From positions 868,001-932,000 of the forward strand of contig JBPGPT010000002.1 in NCBI GenBank assembly GCA_051047955.1: a DNA stretch of 64,000 nt. Reading direction: 5' to 3'. Shown one piece after another: positions 49,129 through 63,231 of the stretch (its first letter is position 1; each line of letters begins with the position of its first letter). A program made the position numbers and the translations under genes. This DNA comes from Cystobasidiomycetes sp. EMM_F5. Lineage: Eukaryota. Below the pieces are notes generated by a model. That model worked only from the letters and a program-made list of their open reading frames with translations, did no database searches and was not told the origin of the DNA.

Positions 49129-51199
49129 ATGCCAAAGAAGTTGGAAGTCCGGATGTGAGTGCGGGCCAGGAATGATATGTTTGTCGACGGCTGAGTATCC
49201 AGAAATGGGTTGAAATATTGGCAGAGGACCGCACAGGACGCAGACTGAGATTGCCCGTGAGGCGGTCTTGAAACACTGACAGACATCGTGCGAGCTGATT
49301 GGGGTTTGGGCGCTGATTTGGACGGCCAGACGTCAACGATAATGCCCGGCCAACAGTCATTGACAGCGAGCTCTTCGTTGGGCACGTAAAGTACGGATAG
49401 GATGGCATGAAAGCCACTGATGGTGATGTACACAGACGCGTCCTGGTAAAGATTCGCGACTTTGACGGAATACCGCCAGGTTGGTATAGTCACTCGTTTA
49501 AAGTATACAAAACAAGCTGAGGTAGCTATACAACACAGACGGCGAGGAGCCACACGCAACGCATGAGTACTTTACCGGTCGAAACAGAAGGTTCGATATA
49601 CAGATTGAAGGGCGGTTCAAAGCGAGGCCGGGAGTCTCAGCTTATAGAGGTAGGGTGCGACAGACATTTCGTACATTCAACTACCGCTGAAATGCGGGAA
49701 CATCGTAGGCGATGAAATCCAGTTCGGTACGACGGCCATCTGCGGAATATGTATGGAAAGCTAATCATCCCACTACCTATAATAGGCTCAGATTTCGACA
49801 AATTCGTAGCGTTTCCTACCCTACCTTTCAAAGCTGGATTCAGAGTAGCAAAGACGATAGATCCCAATACATATTACGACTTTGAGCCTCCTTCAGGACG
49901 GCCATACATCATGTCGCCCTACCTCGCCTGTATGAACACATTTTGCGCGTGGCCAAGTCCTGCTAGGACCAAGGACGCTTTGGTGTGCCTTACTGGACAG
50001 CAACCTAGCGACGGGACAACCACGCGGCCGAGATCTGAGTCTATACAGGATGTAGTCCCGGTAGAACAAGACCGGCATATGAAAAAGGTAAGACTTGTGA
50101 ATCTCCGTCCTAGTCACCATATCTTAGGAGCTGTCTGATTGTCCAGTTCTGGCACTTTATTGGTCTGCGCGGAGATCCTAATATCGACGCTCTTGTACAG
50201 AAAAATCGGCATCTGATGGACGAAGACGAGCCTGCGAAAAGGCCAATGCCAAAACATCAGATCAGTTTCGGCACGAGATCAGGACGCGATACAGCGGCCG
50301 ATCTTGCATCGCGACAGGCGCATGCCAGTCTTGTCCAGTCGCATGCAGCAGACTCTGGTGATGCTTCAACGTCAGCGATTGCGAAGAATAATCATGACGC
50401 CAATGCCAAGAAGGGTGGCAGGCTGTCAGCCCTCACTAGCAAATTCTCGCTCATGAAGACGAGCACTTCACCGCAGTCGTCTACCCCGGAAGCGAAACCA
50501 TCCGAAGGCGACGATGAGATTACACCACTACCTGTCAAGCATACCGATTCCTTCCCGATAATGAGCAGTATTCCAGAGCTCAAGGATCTACGCAAAGGAG
50601 ACCTAGCGTTCGCAAACACGCTCAGGCTGCCAAACGTCGATATTGCGGACCCTGTGGAGAAGCAGTTGGGTCCCTGGCGGTTCTCATCGACTGCAGCTGA
50701 GCCGATGGAGGATAACACTTTTGTCTTCTTGGATCAGAATGTCCCTGTACCGAAGAGACGTAAGCACTTTTCGAGGAGCGAAGCATTGACCAACTTTACG
50801 TACGATTCGGACGTGTGAGCTGAGGATGTCGTAATAATATTCCGACCACATTACTGATGCTGCGTTCCGTCATTCGTTAAAAGGGTCTATGGAACTTGTG
50901 AGTGGATTGTAGACTCCTCGAGGCCTTGATAGGCGGCTGAAGTTACATCTGGTCCAGCTTTCTATGCTCCTTTCATGAACTTCAATACGTTTGATCTGGC
51001 TATCGGACCTGTGCATATGAACATCGCAAAATACTTCACCGAGTAAGTCTGCACTTCATGGCAAAGAAGCAGACCATTTACGCTCACCTTTCTCAGTATG
51101 CCCGTCCGCTATACGCTACGTTCCACAAGACTTGTACCCGGTTCTCTCGACGAAGAAGTCTTTCTCACCATCTCGTTCCAGCTCGTCGAAGTGGCCTAG
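49129..51199 (+). CDS. DUF1769-like conserved fungal protein, many introns
   Basis: Spliced MPKKLEVRIGP...VIDSELFVGRVLVKIRDF...YFTGRNRRFDIQIEGRF...KTIDP...PYIMSPYLACMN...RRKHF...MPVRYTLRS...FLTISFQLVE. Confidence 0.75.
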
Positions 51200-51401
51200 A
51201 CTACATCATAGATTGCATAACTACTGCATTTGCATATATGTTGTTCAATCAAGCATTGAAGCTGTTAATTCAGATCTGCCCCGTCATGTCTGTTTTGACG
51301 TAATTCACGTGGCGGTGTCTAAAGGATGACAGGCAGATGGGTCTTTTTCGAGCCAACTACTGACAATACATATCGTGCAATACTCTGAGTGCAACACAAC
51401 C

Positions 51402-51960
51402 ATGGTTCGAGCAAGCGATATCCTGTTGATCCTGGTACGCTGGCCGTGCCAGCCGGTCATTGCTGCTCAGCCTGACTTGACTGTAAACACGATACCAGGT
51501 CGCCATTCTCCTGCCGCCAGCAGCCGTCCTGTTCATCACTGGATGGTGGGCGCATCATGAAACCCTTGCAGGCTGGAATGCTGACTCTTGTAATGCTGCA
51601 GTTCGTGCGACTTGCTCATCAACTTTGGGCTGACTCTTCTGGGATACATACCGGGTCATGTAGGCTTGCGTTTCCAACAGCTAAGTTGTACAGATCCACT
51701 GAACGTTGACACCTATGTGCATCAGGTGCATGCCTTCTACCTCATCTACAAGAAGGTTTGTCTGTTTGGATTGACCGCCTTCTCAAAAAACATGGCTAAT
51801 CTCAGTTCTTTTACAGATGAAAGCTGAGGAGCAACACGGCTACGAAGCCATCACGTATCAAGGCAATGGCGAGTTTGTGCCAAAGGTGCAGCCTCCACAG
51901 TACGGTGGCGGACAACCACAGGCCCCGCTGGGCGCACAGACGTACGGCACGATGCAGTAG
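51402..51960 (+). CDS. Pmp3/Sna-family proteolipid with PPxY-containing tail, 5 exons
   Basis: MVRASDILLILVAILLPPAAVLFITGCSCDLLINFGLTLLGYIPGHVHAFYLIYKKMKAEE...QPPQYGG...YGTMQ*. Confidence 0.88.
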
Positions 51961-52273
51961 ATATCGGCGACGCTGTACCAAGCTTGGACAGGTCTATGAG
52001 GAGTCATGGAGAGGTCGAGATACATATGCGACTTGCGGAGTACACCGACGTCACGTCCGCAGCGAGGCGGCAGCTAGATATGGGACTGCCTGGAGACAGC
52101 TTCGGTCCTTGAAGTATGTTGTCGTTTGTTTGAAATATTGTAGCCTAAGTCCATTTGACAAGCCTGGAGCCATACGTTTGAATTGTAGGGTCGCGTACAT
52201 GTTGACTCTTGACAACTCTGTCGCCAATGGTCAATCTGCGTATAGCCCCTACTCCTTAGCATCGTCCACAATT

Positions 52274-53273
52274 ATGCCCAATATCTTGCTGGAACTGCTT
52301 GCTGGTTTGCTCGTCCTCGGAATTGGTTACTATGTCATTACCTCGACGAGGTCAAGTGGTGCCAAAAAGAAGAAACGCAAAAGCAAAAAGAGCAAAAAGG
52401 ATGCCGCTGCAGGACCTACAGTCGTTGAAGTGACGGAGAAGAAGAAAGTACAGCAGGCTGCTTCCAAAGTCCTGCCTTCCAAGCCTGCGGATGGGCAGTC
52501 TGGACAGGCAACAACGAAGCAACAGCCAAAACAAAGTCGACAACCAACGCCCGTAGATGCAGAATCAGACCCAGACTTTCCCTCTCTGTCGTCCCCGCCA
52601 GCCAACGGTCATGCCGCCTCTGCAAAAAAGAAGAATGTCAACAAAACATTGGCAGAACGTCTGGCCATGCCTATTCCGAAAACGTCTGTCGACGACATGT
52701 TGGATCCGGATGTTGTTGCACCTCGCAAGATTGCACAGAATATGCGAATAGTCAAGCCCGCGCCGGCCGCGCCCTTGATATTGAATAAAGTTGAATCGGA
52801 CGACGGATGGGAGAGACCATCAGAGCCCGCAGAGGAGGCATGGCAGAGTGTCAAACCCTCAAACAAGAGTGCGTCGTAGTTCCGTTGTTATGCTGCGATC
52901 TATCTTAGTTGCTCTCTTACGGAGTTCAGAACCCAACGTCATACGCTTAACGAGCAGCTCCTCCGCTGCCGCCTCAACAGCTGCCCCGCCTTCCATACCA
53001 GGATTGACAGAACAGTCCAAGAAACAGCGACAGAATGCTGCGAGGGTACAAGCTGCCAAGGCTGCAAGAGAGGCAGAGGAGCACGACAGGCTAGCTCGTC
53101 TGGCTGCGCACAAGAGGACGTTGGAGAATGAGCGCATGAAGGAGCAGGAACGCCAGCGGCAAAAGGACAAGTCGAGGCAGCCCGTCTCGCAACAGCGTAC
53201 GTCTACAAACAGGGAGAAGCTGTCTGGTGGACAGACTGCGAAAGTGGTCGACGGGGCTTTGATATGGGATTGA
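52274..53273 (+). CDS. Hypothetical protein with N-terminal membrane anchor, basic stretch and C-terminal coiled coil
   Basis: MPNILLELLAGLLVLGIGYYV followed by KKKKRK, one intron near 52870-52930, and SKKQRQNAAR...GALIWD*. Confidence 0.75.
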
Positions 53274-53574
53274 TGGCAAGCGACGTATCTCCGTCGTCCA
53301 CGCACAACAAATGCCTACTCGCTGTTGACCGGAGTTGTTGTCTCGGCTTGCTCGCGTAAATATGCAATCGACTCGTCGTCTTTGCCGAATTGGATCTGCT
53401 TTGACTTGACTTGACCTTGACAAACGCTGACTCACTGTGCAATACTGGCAACGACGCTGCTGGCGAGTCAATCAAGACTGCAGTATCGCCTTGCAGCCGG
53501 CAGTCTGGTCGAGTTTCCAGCATTGCTAACAAAGGCAGCAGCTGGATTTCCCATCTTGAACAGCAGACCAGAGC

Positions 53575-56500
53575 ATGAACGGCAACTCCAGAGCTACGAG
53601 CAGTCGCTATGTCCTGCCTGAAGCTCGTCAGAACCCCAACGACAACGAGACTGACGACTTCTTTGCCGGCGAGGTGATTGACGAAAATGAAGCTGCTGCA
53701 GTCCGAGAAGAGGCAGAAAAGGAGGAACATGCACCACCTGCTGCCTCGGACGACGATGCGGACGGTCAGTCGGACAGGGATCTCTACGAAGATCCAGCTG
53801 GATCGATGTATGCCGGTCCAATGGCTGCAAGTCTGCCTACCTCGATAACACGAAGGCGGAGAAAGTCGAGGAGCAGAAGCGAACTACTACGCTCGGATGC
53901 AGAGTCGGATACTGGGGCACGCAGTGATGCGCTCTTCTTATCGTCGGGTGCAAAGCATAGCAGAACAAGCCTCAGGACTCCAACGTCTCGCCGCAGCAGA
54001 GGCGCTGGCAGCCGTCGAGGGAGTGAGAGCAGTGCCGTCAGTGATGCGACATCGTCACGCATGCGAAGCAAGTCGCGCGAAGTGCCACCAAATGCAGTCG
54101 AGTCGGCATCCGAAAGTGGCAGCGAAGACGAAGAAGGCGGTCGTAAGAAGAAGCGTCGACCAGGTATGCTCAGTGCTCTGTTTGGATCCGCATACAAGAG
54201 CCGGCCGTCTATGGATCGAGCACAGAGCTCAGCATCTGTCATCTCTCGACGTTCCTCACAAGCAGGGCCCAAGCGACGGAAAGCCCACAAGCATCGACAC
54301 GGCTCGTCAACGCGGTTGCGGGATATGGAGGCAGAGACGGACGCTGAAGACGATTCAAACGACGAAATTGACGAAAATGACCCGTACGGTCTATACGGAT
54401 CTTCCTCCTCCTCGCTCAGTACGACAACCTCCGGATCATCCGCAACGACTACAAGCAGTTCAGACGATGGCAAAAGCCGTAGAAAGAGAAGAAAGCGGCG
54501 TGGAACTAGCGTCTCTGGAAGCATGTTCCTACCATCCTTTGGAGGTGCAGACCCGGTGTTTGGGGACTCTCGTGCAGATACAGCTGGAGCATCACCATCC
54601 GGCTCGCCAAGAGGATCGGACGCCGAAGGGTCGGATGACGAAGAGCCATTCTTCATCGACGAGATTACAGCTACTCGTCAGACAATTTACATCGTGGATG
54701 AGGATCTGCAGATACTATTCGAAGGGTGGGGCGAGAAGACATACAAGATCTTACTATGGAATGCCGGAGCCCTATTATCCCTCGGCAGTCTGAGTTTACT
54801 CGGGAAGTGGCTGCCAGAGTGGTGGTTGGACGGGCGCGGCAAGACGCGTGAATTCGGCAGAGCTTCCCAAGTTGTCGTCAAGACGTCTCACGGGACAACG
54901 TATGTTGTGCCCATAAAGACACTTACTTTTGCAAGTCCCGTACCTATATCAACGGTCTTTCCAGCGACTTCCTTACCTCCTCCAACAAGTCGGAACGAAG
55001 CAATGGAAGATTCCGACGACGAGCAAGTTGCCGGCAAAGACGCTGAAGCACTCGTTAATGGTTCAGTGGCAGGTCCTGAAGGGGCTAACATAAAGCCGAC
55101 GGATCCCCCAAGCGGAACGCAGACGCCAGCTTCTTTCCGTGGTCCGATCTCAAAATCGAACGGACATGGTTCTCACACCCCAGCAGAGACAGGCTCACTA
55201 AGAACCGGGAAAGAAGCCAAGCTCAAGGAGTACAAGTATGTCGACTTTCGATATTATCGGTTCTTACTACACCCTATCAGCGGCAACTTTCACATGAGTC
55301 GGTAAGACTGTCCGAGTACTGCACCCGCTAGATACCTGCTCATATTTGTTGCTTCCAGAGACTGGAAGGACCCCTCTTGGACATCGCTTAGAGCACTACG
55401 TGGCGGCGTGACTGACTCTGTTCGAGATGATCGGCGCGTGTTGTTTGGAGACAACGCTATAGAAATCGAGGCACGCAGTATCGGGCAATTACTCATCGAT
55501 GAGGTGGGCCTTTTCTAGCCAATCACATATCTCACTCGAAACGCTAAAGCTGTCGGCAGGTCTTGCATCCATTTTATATCTTTCAAATTGCTTCCATCTT
55601 ACTGTGGTCTCTCGACAATTACTACTTCTACGCGATTACAATCTTCCTCATCAGCGTACTGAGTATCACGACCGCCCTGATTGAGACACGGAATAATGTC
55701 GAGCGCATGCGGGAGATGTCCCGCTTCGTCTGCCCTGTTCGGGTATGGCGGAAATGTCAATGTGAGCATTGTCCTTAGCGAAGAATGTGATCCCTGGCTA
55801 AAGGATATAACTGGTGCAGGGGAAATGGCTGACTCTTCGGAAGTCGTGCCCGGAGACTTGGTTGACTTAGCTGAAGCGTCACTACACACCTTTCCGGCGG
55901 ATCTCATTATGCTGTCAGGCGATGCTATTGTGAATGAGTCGATGCTGACGGGCGAATCAGTCCCGGTGTCGAAAGTACCCATTGACGATAAGGGGGTCAT
56001 CGCGATTACATCGTTGACTGGCGATCTATCACCGGATTTGAACAGGCATTTTCTGTTCGCAGGTACAAAGATTGTACGTGTTAGGAGGTTAGAGACTAGC
56101 CACAGCACAACATCAGGCGGCGAGGCTGTCGGCGTAGTGGTGCGGACTGGCTTCAATACCACAAAGGGGGCCCTGGTGCGATCTATGCTGTTTCCAAAAC
56201 CAATGGGGTACGTCTGATAGTGCGACACTTATTTCGCTTACGCTAATGACCAATCCTCGCAGTTTCAAATTCTACCGGGACTCGTTCCGCTTCATCGGTG
56301 TACTAGCAGGTATCGCAGGAGTTGGCTTCATCGGAAGTTCTTTCAAGTTTGTCGAGCTCGGAATCAAATGGCAAACAATCATCATTCGTGCGCTCGACCT
56401 CGTCACAATCGTAGTGCCGCCTGCTTTGCCGGCCACCATGTCAATAGGCACATCCTTCGCTATATCTCGGCTGCGGAAGAAGGATATCTTCTGTATATCG

Positions 56501-58903
56501 CCCAACAGAGTCAACATCGGAGGCAAAATTAACCTTGTCTGTTTCGATAAGACCGGCACATTGACGGAGGAGGGCCTTGACGTGCTCGGTGTACGTGCAG
56601 TCGATCGATCTACGAAGCAATTCTCGGAGCTGCACGAAGATATCGAGAACGTCCCAATCATTGGCGCTGCGGATGCAAAGACGCCATTGGTACACGCTTT
56701 AGCAACCTGTCATGCTCTCAAGCTAGTCAATGGCGAGCTACTGGGCGATCCGCTAGATCTGCGAATGTTTGACTTTACCCGATGGACGCTGGAAGAAGGC
56801 AAAGAGACGAGTCGACCGAGTATAGATGGAAAGAACGATACAAAGCACAAGAAAAAGCCGAAAACCGAGCGTATGCCTGATAAACCGGCCCAGCTTGTCC
56901 AAAGCGTAGTTCGGCCGCCCGGAGGTCAAAGTTTCACATTGGAAGATGCTTTACGCGTAGGCAAGAAGGTACGTCCGCAGCGGGAAAGTGAGCCTGGCAT
57001 TGAAGCTGACCTACTCGCTTATCAAGGGAACACATTTCTTGGAACTTGGCGTCATACGCACTTTTGACTTCGTCTCCTCACTGCGAAGGATGAGTGTCCT
57101 TGTCAAGAAGCTCAAATCTCAGACTATCGAAGCTTACGTCAAAGGAGCACCTGAGGTTATGGCAGATATTTGCACCAAAGACTCCTGTAAGACACTTCTA
57201 CGAATTCCTGACGTATCTTGCTGACGTGGAGACTTTGCAGTTCCTGAGGATTATGACGAAGTTCTGGAAAACTATACGCGGCATGGCTATCGTGTAATTG
57301 CAGTCGCTGCGAAAAGTATTCCGGCTTTGACTTGGGTCAAGGCGCAGCGCCTCAAACGGTGAGTCGTGTACACCAGAAGATATGCAGGCTTTATGCTGAA
57401 TAAAAGAGTCTGCAGGGAGGAGGTCGAGTCAGAGTTGCGGTTCTTGGGGTTGATTGTGTTCGAGAATAAACTCAAGCCTGGGACAGGGCCAGCTATCCGC
57501 ACCTTGCTGAATGCAAGCATTCCTTGCAGGATGGTGACTGGAGACAATATCCGAACGGCTGTCAGCGTGGCTAAAGAATGCGGCATGGTCAATTATCATG
57601 ACGACATATACTTGCCGACCTTCAAGGAGGGAGACATGTTCTCACCAAAAGCTGAGATAGAGTGGACTCATGTCGAGGACGACCGTATGAAGCTCAATCC
57701 GTACAGCTTAAAGCCCGAGAATCCCATAACCGATAATGGATCCATCATGAGCTATGACGTGGAACATCGAGCCTATCATCTGGCTGTCAGCGGAGACGTC
57801 TTTCGCTGGATGTTGGACTATGGCTCTAGCGAGACTTTGCAAAGGGTCAGTTTACCGCGGGAGGGCCCTTGAACTAGCGCTGACACTTTGCACATCGGTA
57901 GATTCTCGTCAAGTGCGTCATCTATGCGCGGATGTCTCCAGATGAAAAGCACGAAATTGTGGAACGTCTTCAACATCTCGGCTATACCGTTGGATTCTGC
58001 GGCGATGGCGCGAATGACTGCGGCGCTCTCAAAGCTGCCGACGTCGGTTTGTCGCTGTCTGAAGCCGAAGCTTCCGTAGCTGCCCCTTTCACAAGCCGAT
58101 CTACGGATATCTCATGCTTCATAGAAGTCATTCGGGAAGGCCGGGCAGCGTTAGTGACCAGCTTCAGCTGCTTCAAGTTTATGGCTCTTTACTCTCTCAT
58201 CCAATTTACAACCGTCACCTTGCTTTACTCTCTCGCGTCTTCACTAGGCGATTTCCAATTCCTATACATTGACCTGCTTATCATCATTCCGATAGCCGTC
58301 ACGATGGGGTGGACCGAACCCTATCAGCGTGTGCACCCAAAGCGACCCACGGCAAACCTTGTGTCGAAGAAAGTACTCACCTCCCTCATCGGTCAGATAA
58401 TTATAACTTCGGGCCTGCAAATCTTTGTCTTCTTTTACGTTCGCGCGCAGTCGTGGTACGAGCCTCCGATCATCGATATCGACGAACTCGACACGATCAG
58501 TTACGAAAATTCAGCACTCTTCCTCATTTCGTCATTCCAGTATATCATTGTTGGCGTCGTGTTTTGCGTAGGGCCTCCTTATCGCAAACCGATCCATTCT
58601 AATTTCTGGCTTCTCCTCACGCTGACCGCTCTGGCAGTGTTTTCCACCTACACCGTTTTCATACACTATGGCGTCGTGTACAATATGCTTGGCTTGATGT
58701 ACCTTCCCCGGGAATTCCAGCTCGAGCTATTCCTTCTGGCACTAATCAACGTTGGCATCAGCTGGGTGTGGGAGAAGCACCTCGCGCTCAACGTTTCTGG
58801 TCAGATTGCTCAGCTCAAGCGCAGAATACGACGCTGGCGAGGAGTGAAGCGGGAGCGAGAAGGCAAGTTGTACAAGCTTATAGAACGGGATATGGACGAT
58901 TAG
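53575..58903 (+). CDS. YPK9: P5B-type ATPase (Ypk9/ATP13A2-like)
   Basis: [53 protein letters not shown] and [14 protein letters not shown]. Confidence 0.93.
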
Positions 58904-59143
58904 AATGAATAGACGTGCCCGCTAGGGCGCTATGACCATATGTAGCATAGTCGATTTTACTCAAAGAGACATCAAAGACATGTTTATGCCTTTCGCAATC
59001 CCGGACGATTGCGTGAAATAAGCCCGGAAGTGGCGGTCAGCTGAAACTTGGGTGTCATCAAGCTTGACTAAAGCCTGACCATAACTGTGACGCTACTGCT
59101 CGCTGCTGACTGCCCGTCCCTGGCCCTCAAATCGCCAACAGGC

Positions 59144-60185
59144 ATGTCCAACGAACCTGGGGGCTCCACTGAGCCCGCCGCTGTAGACCCAACTCTGGAC
59201 CAAGGGCTCGACGGGAACGTATTGCAATCTTCCACTGGAGAAGAGTCCAACATACCTATGTTTCCAGTTGAGGATGCTTCGAAAGTTCCAGCTGGCGAGA
59301 CAGACAACGGGAGGCAGATGTCCGGTAATGACGGTATCCCCGTGAAAGAGGAGAACTCCGAGGAAACGATAGAAGCTCGGAAAGGCACGAATGCATCAGA
59401 TCTCAAGCCAGAGAACGAAAAGACTGCTGCTTCTGCGAACGAAGCTTCACTTCAGCCGGCTACGACGACCATCGCCACTTCAGACGTCAAGCACGAACCC
59501 GAAACTAAAGTCAACACTAGCGATGTGACAAATGCTGAGGGCAGAGTTGCGCTGGAACTCGTAAGCTATCTTCGTGAAAGATGTCCTGACGACTAACCCA
59601 TTTGCATGGCAGTTGCTCCAGTCTGGCTCGCGGCAACGGTATACGCTCAATGGCAGCATGACAATGGCAGAGATCCTTGCGTCCGTATACAAAGATTGGC
59701 CGGAATGTGCGTCTGCAGGGCCCGTGACGAGATAAGCTTGTCTGAGCTTCCTTTCCCACCAACAGCATGGGCGAAAGACCGTCCCCTAGCTCTTTCTCAA
59801 CTGCGCTTGTGCGTCAAAAATCTATCGTGTAGCCTAAAGGTGCTCATTCAATATTCTCTTAGACTACACCGGGGCAAATTCGTGAAGGAATCCGATGTCC
59901 TCAAAGGTGCCTTTTGACAATTACCAGCTTAAGATACCAGTCGCTGACGCCTAGGGAGTGCAGATTGCGTCATAGATCCCTTACATCCTACTGTCATGCA
60001 CTTGACAATCCGGCCTCCCGACGTTGGCACCCTGCGTACGTAATGTATAGCTTACGGGAGACATGCATCGCTGATCCCGTACATCTGTAGCCCCACCTTC
60101 CAACGCCAAGCCGGTCGCCCGCAAGATTGTACAACAACAAGACACGCATAGCGGCGGATGCTGCAGCAGCTGCATCGTTGCCTAA
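59144..60185 (+). CDS. Membrane-anchored ubiquitin-fold protein (UBL3/MUB-like) with C-terminal CaaX
   Basis: Spliced RVALELLLQSGSRQRYTL...SVYKDWP...W...QLRL/LHRGKFV...PTVMHLTIRP...GGCCSSCIVA*. Confidence 0.8.
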
Positions 60186-60405
60186 GATTGACTCCATGAC
60201 CTCATCAAGCGTTGCGAGATTTTCAGGACTTACCCAAGACAAGGTGTAGCTTTAGGTGACAGCAGTAAGACACTTTGTGACATTTGCGTTGGCGTACATT
60301 TAGTTGGTCGTTGTAACATTCGCTTGCAAATGCAGTATGTCCGTCTGCCCGATAATAGATTCAAAGGTACAGGATGTGTGCACAACAATTACAGTCAAGC
60401 ATCTC

Positions 60406-61182
60406 CTAAGGTCCGGATAAGGATTTGCCCATGAAGCGTCGTTTCTGTAGACAGCGATTTCAACACCGGCCGGACAGTACAAGGCGGCTTGGGCGTCACT
60501 AACCTGGAATGCCATCCACCACTTGCTTGGTTTGCCAGTTTCGTCGTACACCGTTTGTACGATCCGCGGCGCAAGCTCTTGCCTTGCTTGACTTAGATAC
60601 GCACGTAGATTATCGGCGTCAGTTCGGTTTGCCGGCGCAGAGAAGACGCTGTTGAGGGGGAAACCCGGTTCACCGGGTAAGGAAAAGCTTTCGAGAGCTA
60701 GGGTAGTCAATTGCTTTGTCGCTTCCACGGTATTCCAGTGCTTTGCATTAGGCGAACCAATGCGGCTGATGCAGTCGGATATGAATAGGATAAAGTAGAT
60801 CAATGTGCGGTCGGCAGGACCTTTGATTTCGAAGTTGCGAAAGAGCGAGTTTGCGCGGAAGAGAGTCAAGGATTCGTCTAGGATATCTATTTCAGACGGG
60901 TCGGCTACCAATGCGGCGAGCGTAATCAGCCTCCACGTCCTTCCCATGGATATCGATACTGCCAGACTCACCTGGAGCAGGCGCCGGACCTCGGACGCGG
61001 GTCTTCAGCGGCAGGATTGCCATGTTGCCAATGGTGTTGAAGTTGGCACCTTCATTGAAGGAGGAGTGGTAGGCCTGTCGTTGAATTCATTCCGTTTGGT
61101 CGGGCAGCCCCATGACAACCTCGACATCAGAATCCCGAATGAACAGGTGTAGCCAATGGACTGCCTGTCAACTCACAGGCAT
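60406..61182 (-). CDS. ARC18: Arp2/3 complex subunit ARPC3/p21
   Basis: MPAYHSSF, LPLKTRVRGPAP, FRANSLFRNFEIKGPADRTLIY and KWWMAFQKRRFMGKSL. Confidence 0.96.
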
Positions 61183-61611
61183 CGTGTCCTGAGCCGCTTC
61201 AGGTGCGACGCCCGGCTATCTTCAATGGTTCGGTAGGGTTTCGGTCAACCTTCGCTAGCGATATGGAGCAACTATTCAGCAAGATATGGGCAATTGGAGC
61301 ACAAACGCATGAAAGCTGAATAACATTCATTCATTCTGACAATGGAGCGTGAATACAACGTGTGAAAAGCCCCGCTCGATCTTATTCCGCAAATAATCTT
61401 GAGCATATCCCATCCATATCTATCGTGAAGGCCGATCTTCAATCATCAGTGTTCGGTAAAGTGTCTTGTATGAAGAAGCTGTAATCTCAGTACTATATCG
61501 TGCCCGTACCCGTCGGGAAAGCGTCTCTGCGTCGTCATACTGGCATCATCAATAGCAAAGCACCCTGCTTAGGCCTGTAGCCTTGGCCCTGTACGTCTAC
61601 TCCGGATTCCA

Positions 61612-62848
61612 TCATACAGTCTCCGGGCGCAGCAGTCCTGCCCTGGAGCAAGCTGCAAACACCGCCTGAGCAAAGTCGCCAGTATCATCGAACCTTCCGT
61701 GCGACCTTTTGGGCACAGCAAAGTAGTCCATGTCCTCACTTTCAAAGAATCGACAAGTCAAACTCGATGAAGTATCACTTGCGTCGGAATTTGGTGGAGT
61801 GAGAGGGACGCTGCCCCACACCTGGTATGCAAGAGGTGTCGAAGGCGGACTTGGACCCTTGCGAGGATTGACGAATACGCTCGCGTCCAGGCCTAGGCCG
61901 GTGTTCTGGTTGATAGGTCGACTGATGAAAGGATCGACGAGCTCCCCCTCGTCCTCCTCAACATCAGACATGGTCTCGTCTTCCTCTTCCTGCACCGTAG
62001 CCAGCATGTCGCGAGCCAAAAAGAGTGCCAACGGAGCTGATGCGGAGCGAGGGGGCATTCTGGGTTTGATGTGATATGGCTTTGGCGGAAGAGGCGGAGG
62101 AGTGTCTTCGTTGTGCACGCTGGTGAGAATGTCAGGCGAACTGTTGCATCGTTTGGGCGCACCAGGCGAAGAAGCCAGAATGATGGGAATCGCCAGATGT
62201 GGGGTAGCTGACAGATAGAGGCAATTTGCACGATCTGGTGTCGAGGTATAGGACAAATCGTCGCTTCCACCATTAATGATGGGAGACGCCGTCGGTGTAC
62301 TCAGGTCCAATGTAAAAGCGGATTGCGGAGTCGTGGGAAAAGGACTGTGCAGGGATGGACTGTGTGTTCCCCAGAACATGCTTCGAGATCGCAATGATGG
62401 GTTTGGAGAGGGAGTAGAGGGAGGACTGACGGGTATCGCAGCTTGCTCGGCTTTCAGTCTTGCAGCCTCAGCAGAAAGAGCCATTGCATCGATGCAACCA
62501 AAGTCTGGCTCGTCATCGTCGTCTGCAGTGCTGAGGCTTTTGAGAAGAGCCAGCGTAGCCTTCCACGACCGACGTGCGGTTGGTGACGATGACGACGATG
62601 TGCCGCTTGATGAAGTAGACGAAGCGAGGGTAATGATGGAGCCGGATCGATCTCTAGGCGTGAAGGGCGAATCATATGCCTGCGCACAAGGTACGTGTCA
62701 CTGAGTTTTGCATAACGGATTCGAAAGTGCGAATGCTTACATCATCAACAGGGGGCAGAGTCCTGAGCTTCCTTGGTCCGATGCTGGACAGCCATGTGCG
62801 AACGGTCGTCATACTTGCCACTACGAGCGATGAATCTAGACTACCCAT
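61612..62848 (-). CDS. Ser/Pro-rich hypothetical protein, 2 exons
   Basis: Long ORF that extends upstream to an acceptor at ~62680 and an ATG exon at 62848. It contains PPPLPPKP, a putative SH3-ligand motif. Confidence 0.65.
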
Positions 62849-63231
62849 GTATACGCCTTAGTCGGTCTACTATGCGCGCAGTATGCGTGGACGCTACAGC
62901 ACGGGCTAGGCTTACCTCGTGGAATGGCTTCCCGAATCCACTCGCAAGCGCGCGATCAACGCGTCCAGCTTGCTCAATTAGTCCTAGTGGTCTAGAGTCG
63001 GAAGAAATAAAGAGGGAACCGTTTCACAGAGCCCAGACGGAGCCAGCGCGCGCGAGGGAGGCAGGTCCAGGGGTGTCTAAAGGAGGCCGTCCAGGAGGCC
63101 CTGAAGGAGGGTACCACTTTTCACGCTGCATCGCTAGCATAAGCAAACATGTGCGAGGTACATGCTTTCAGCTGCATTACTGTCGACCATGATGCGATGA
63201 GTGAGTAGTATTCGTACTCAAGTAGGTACCG

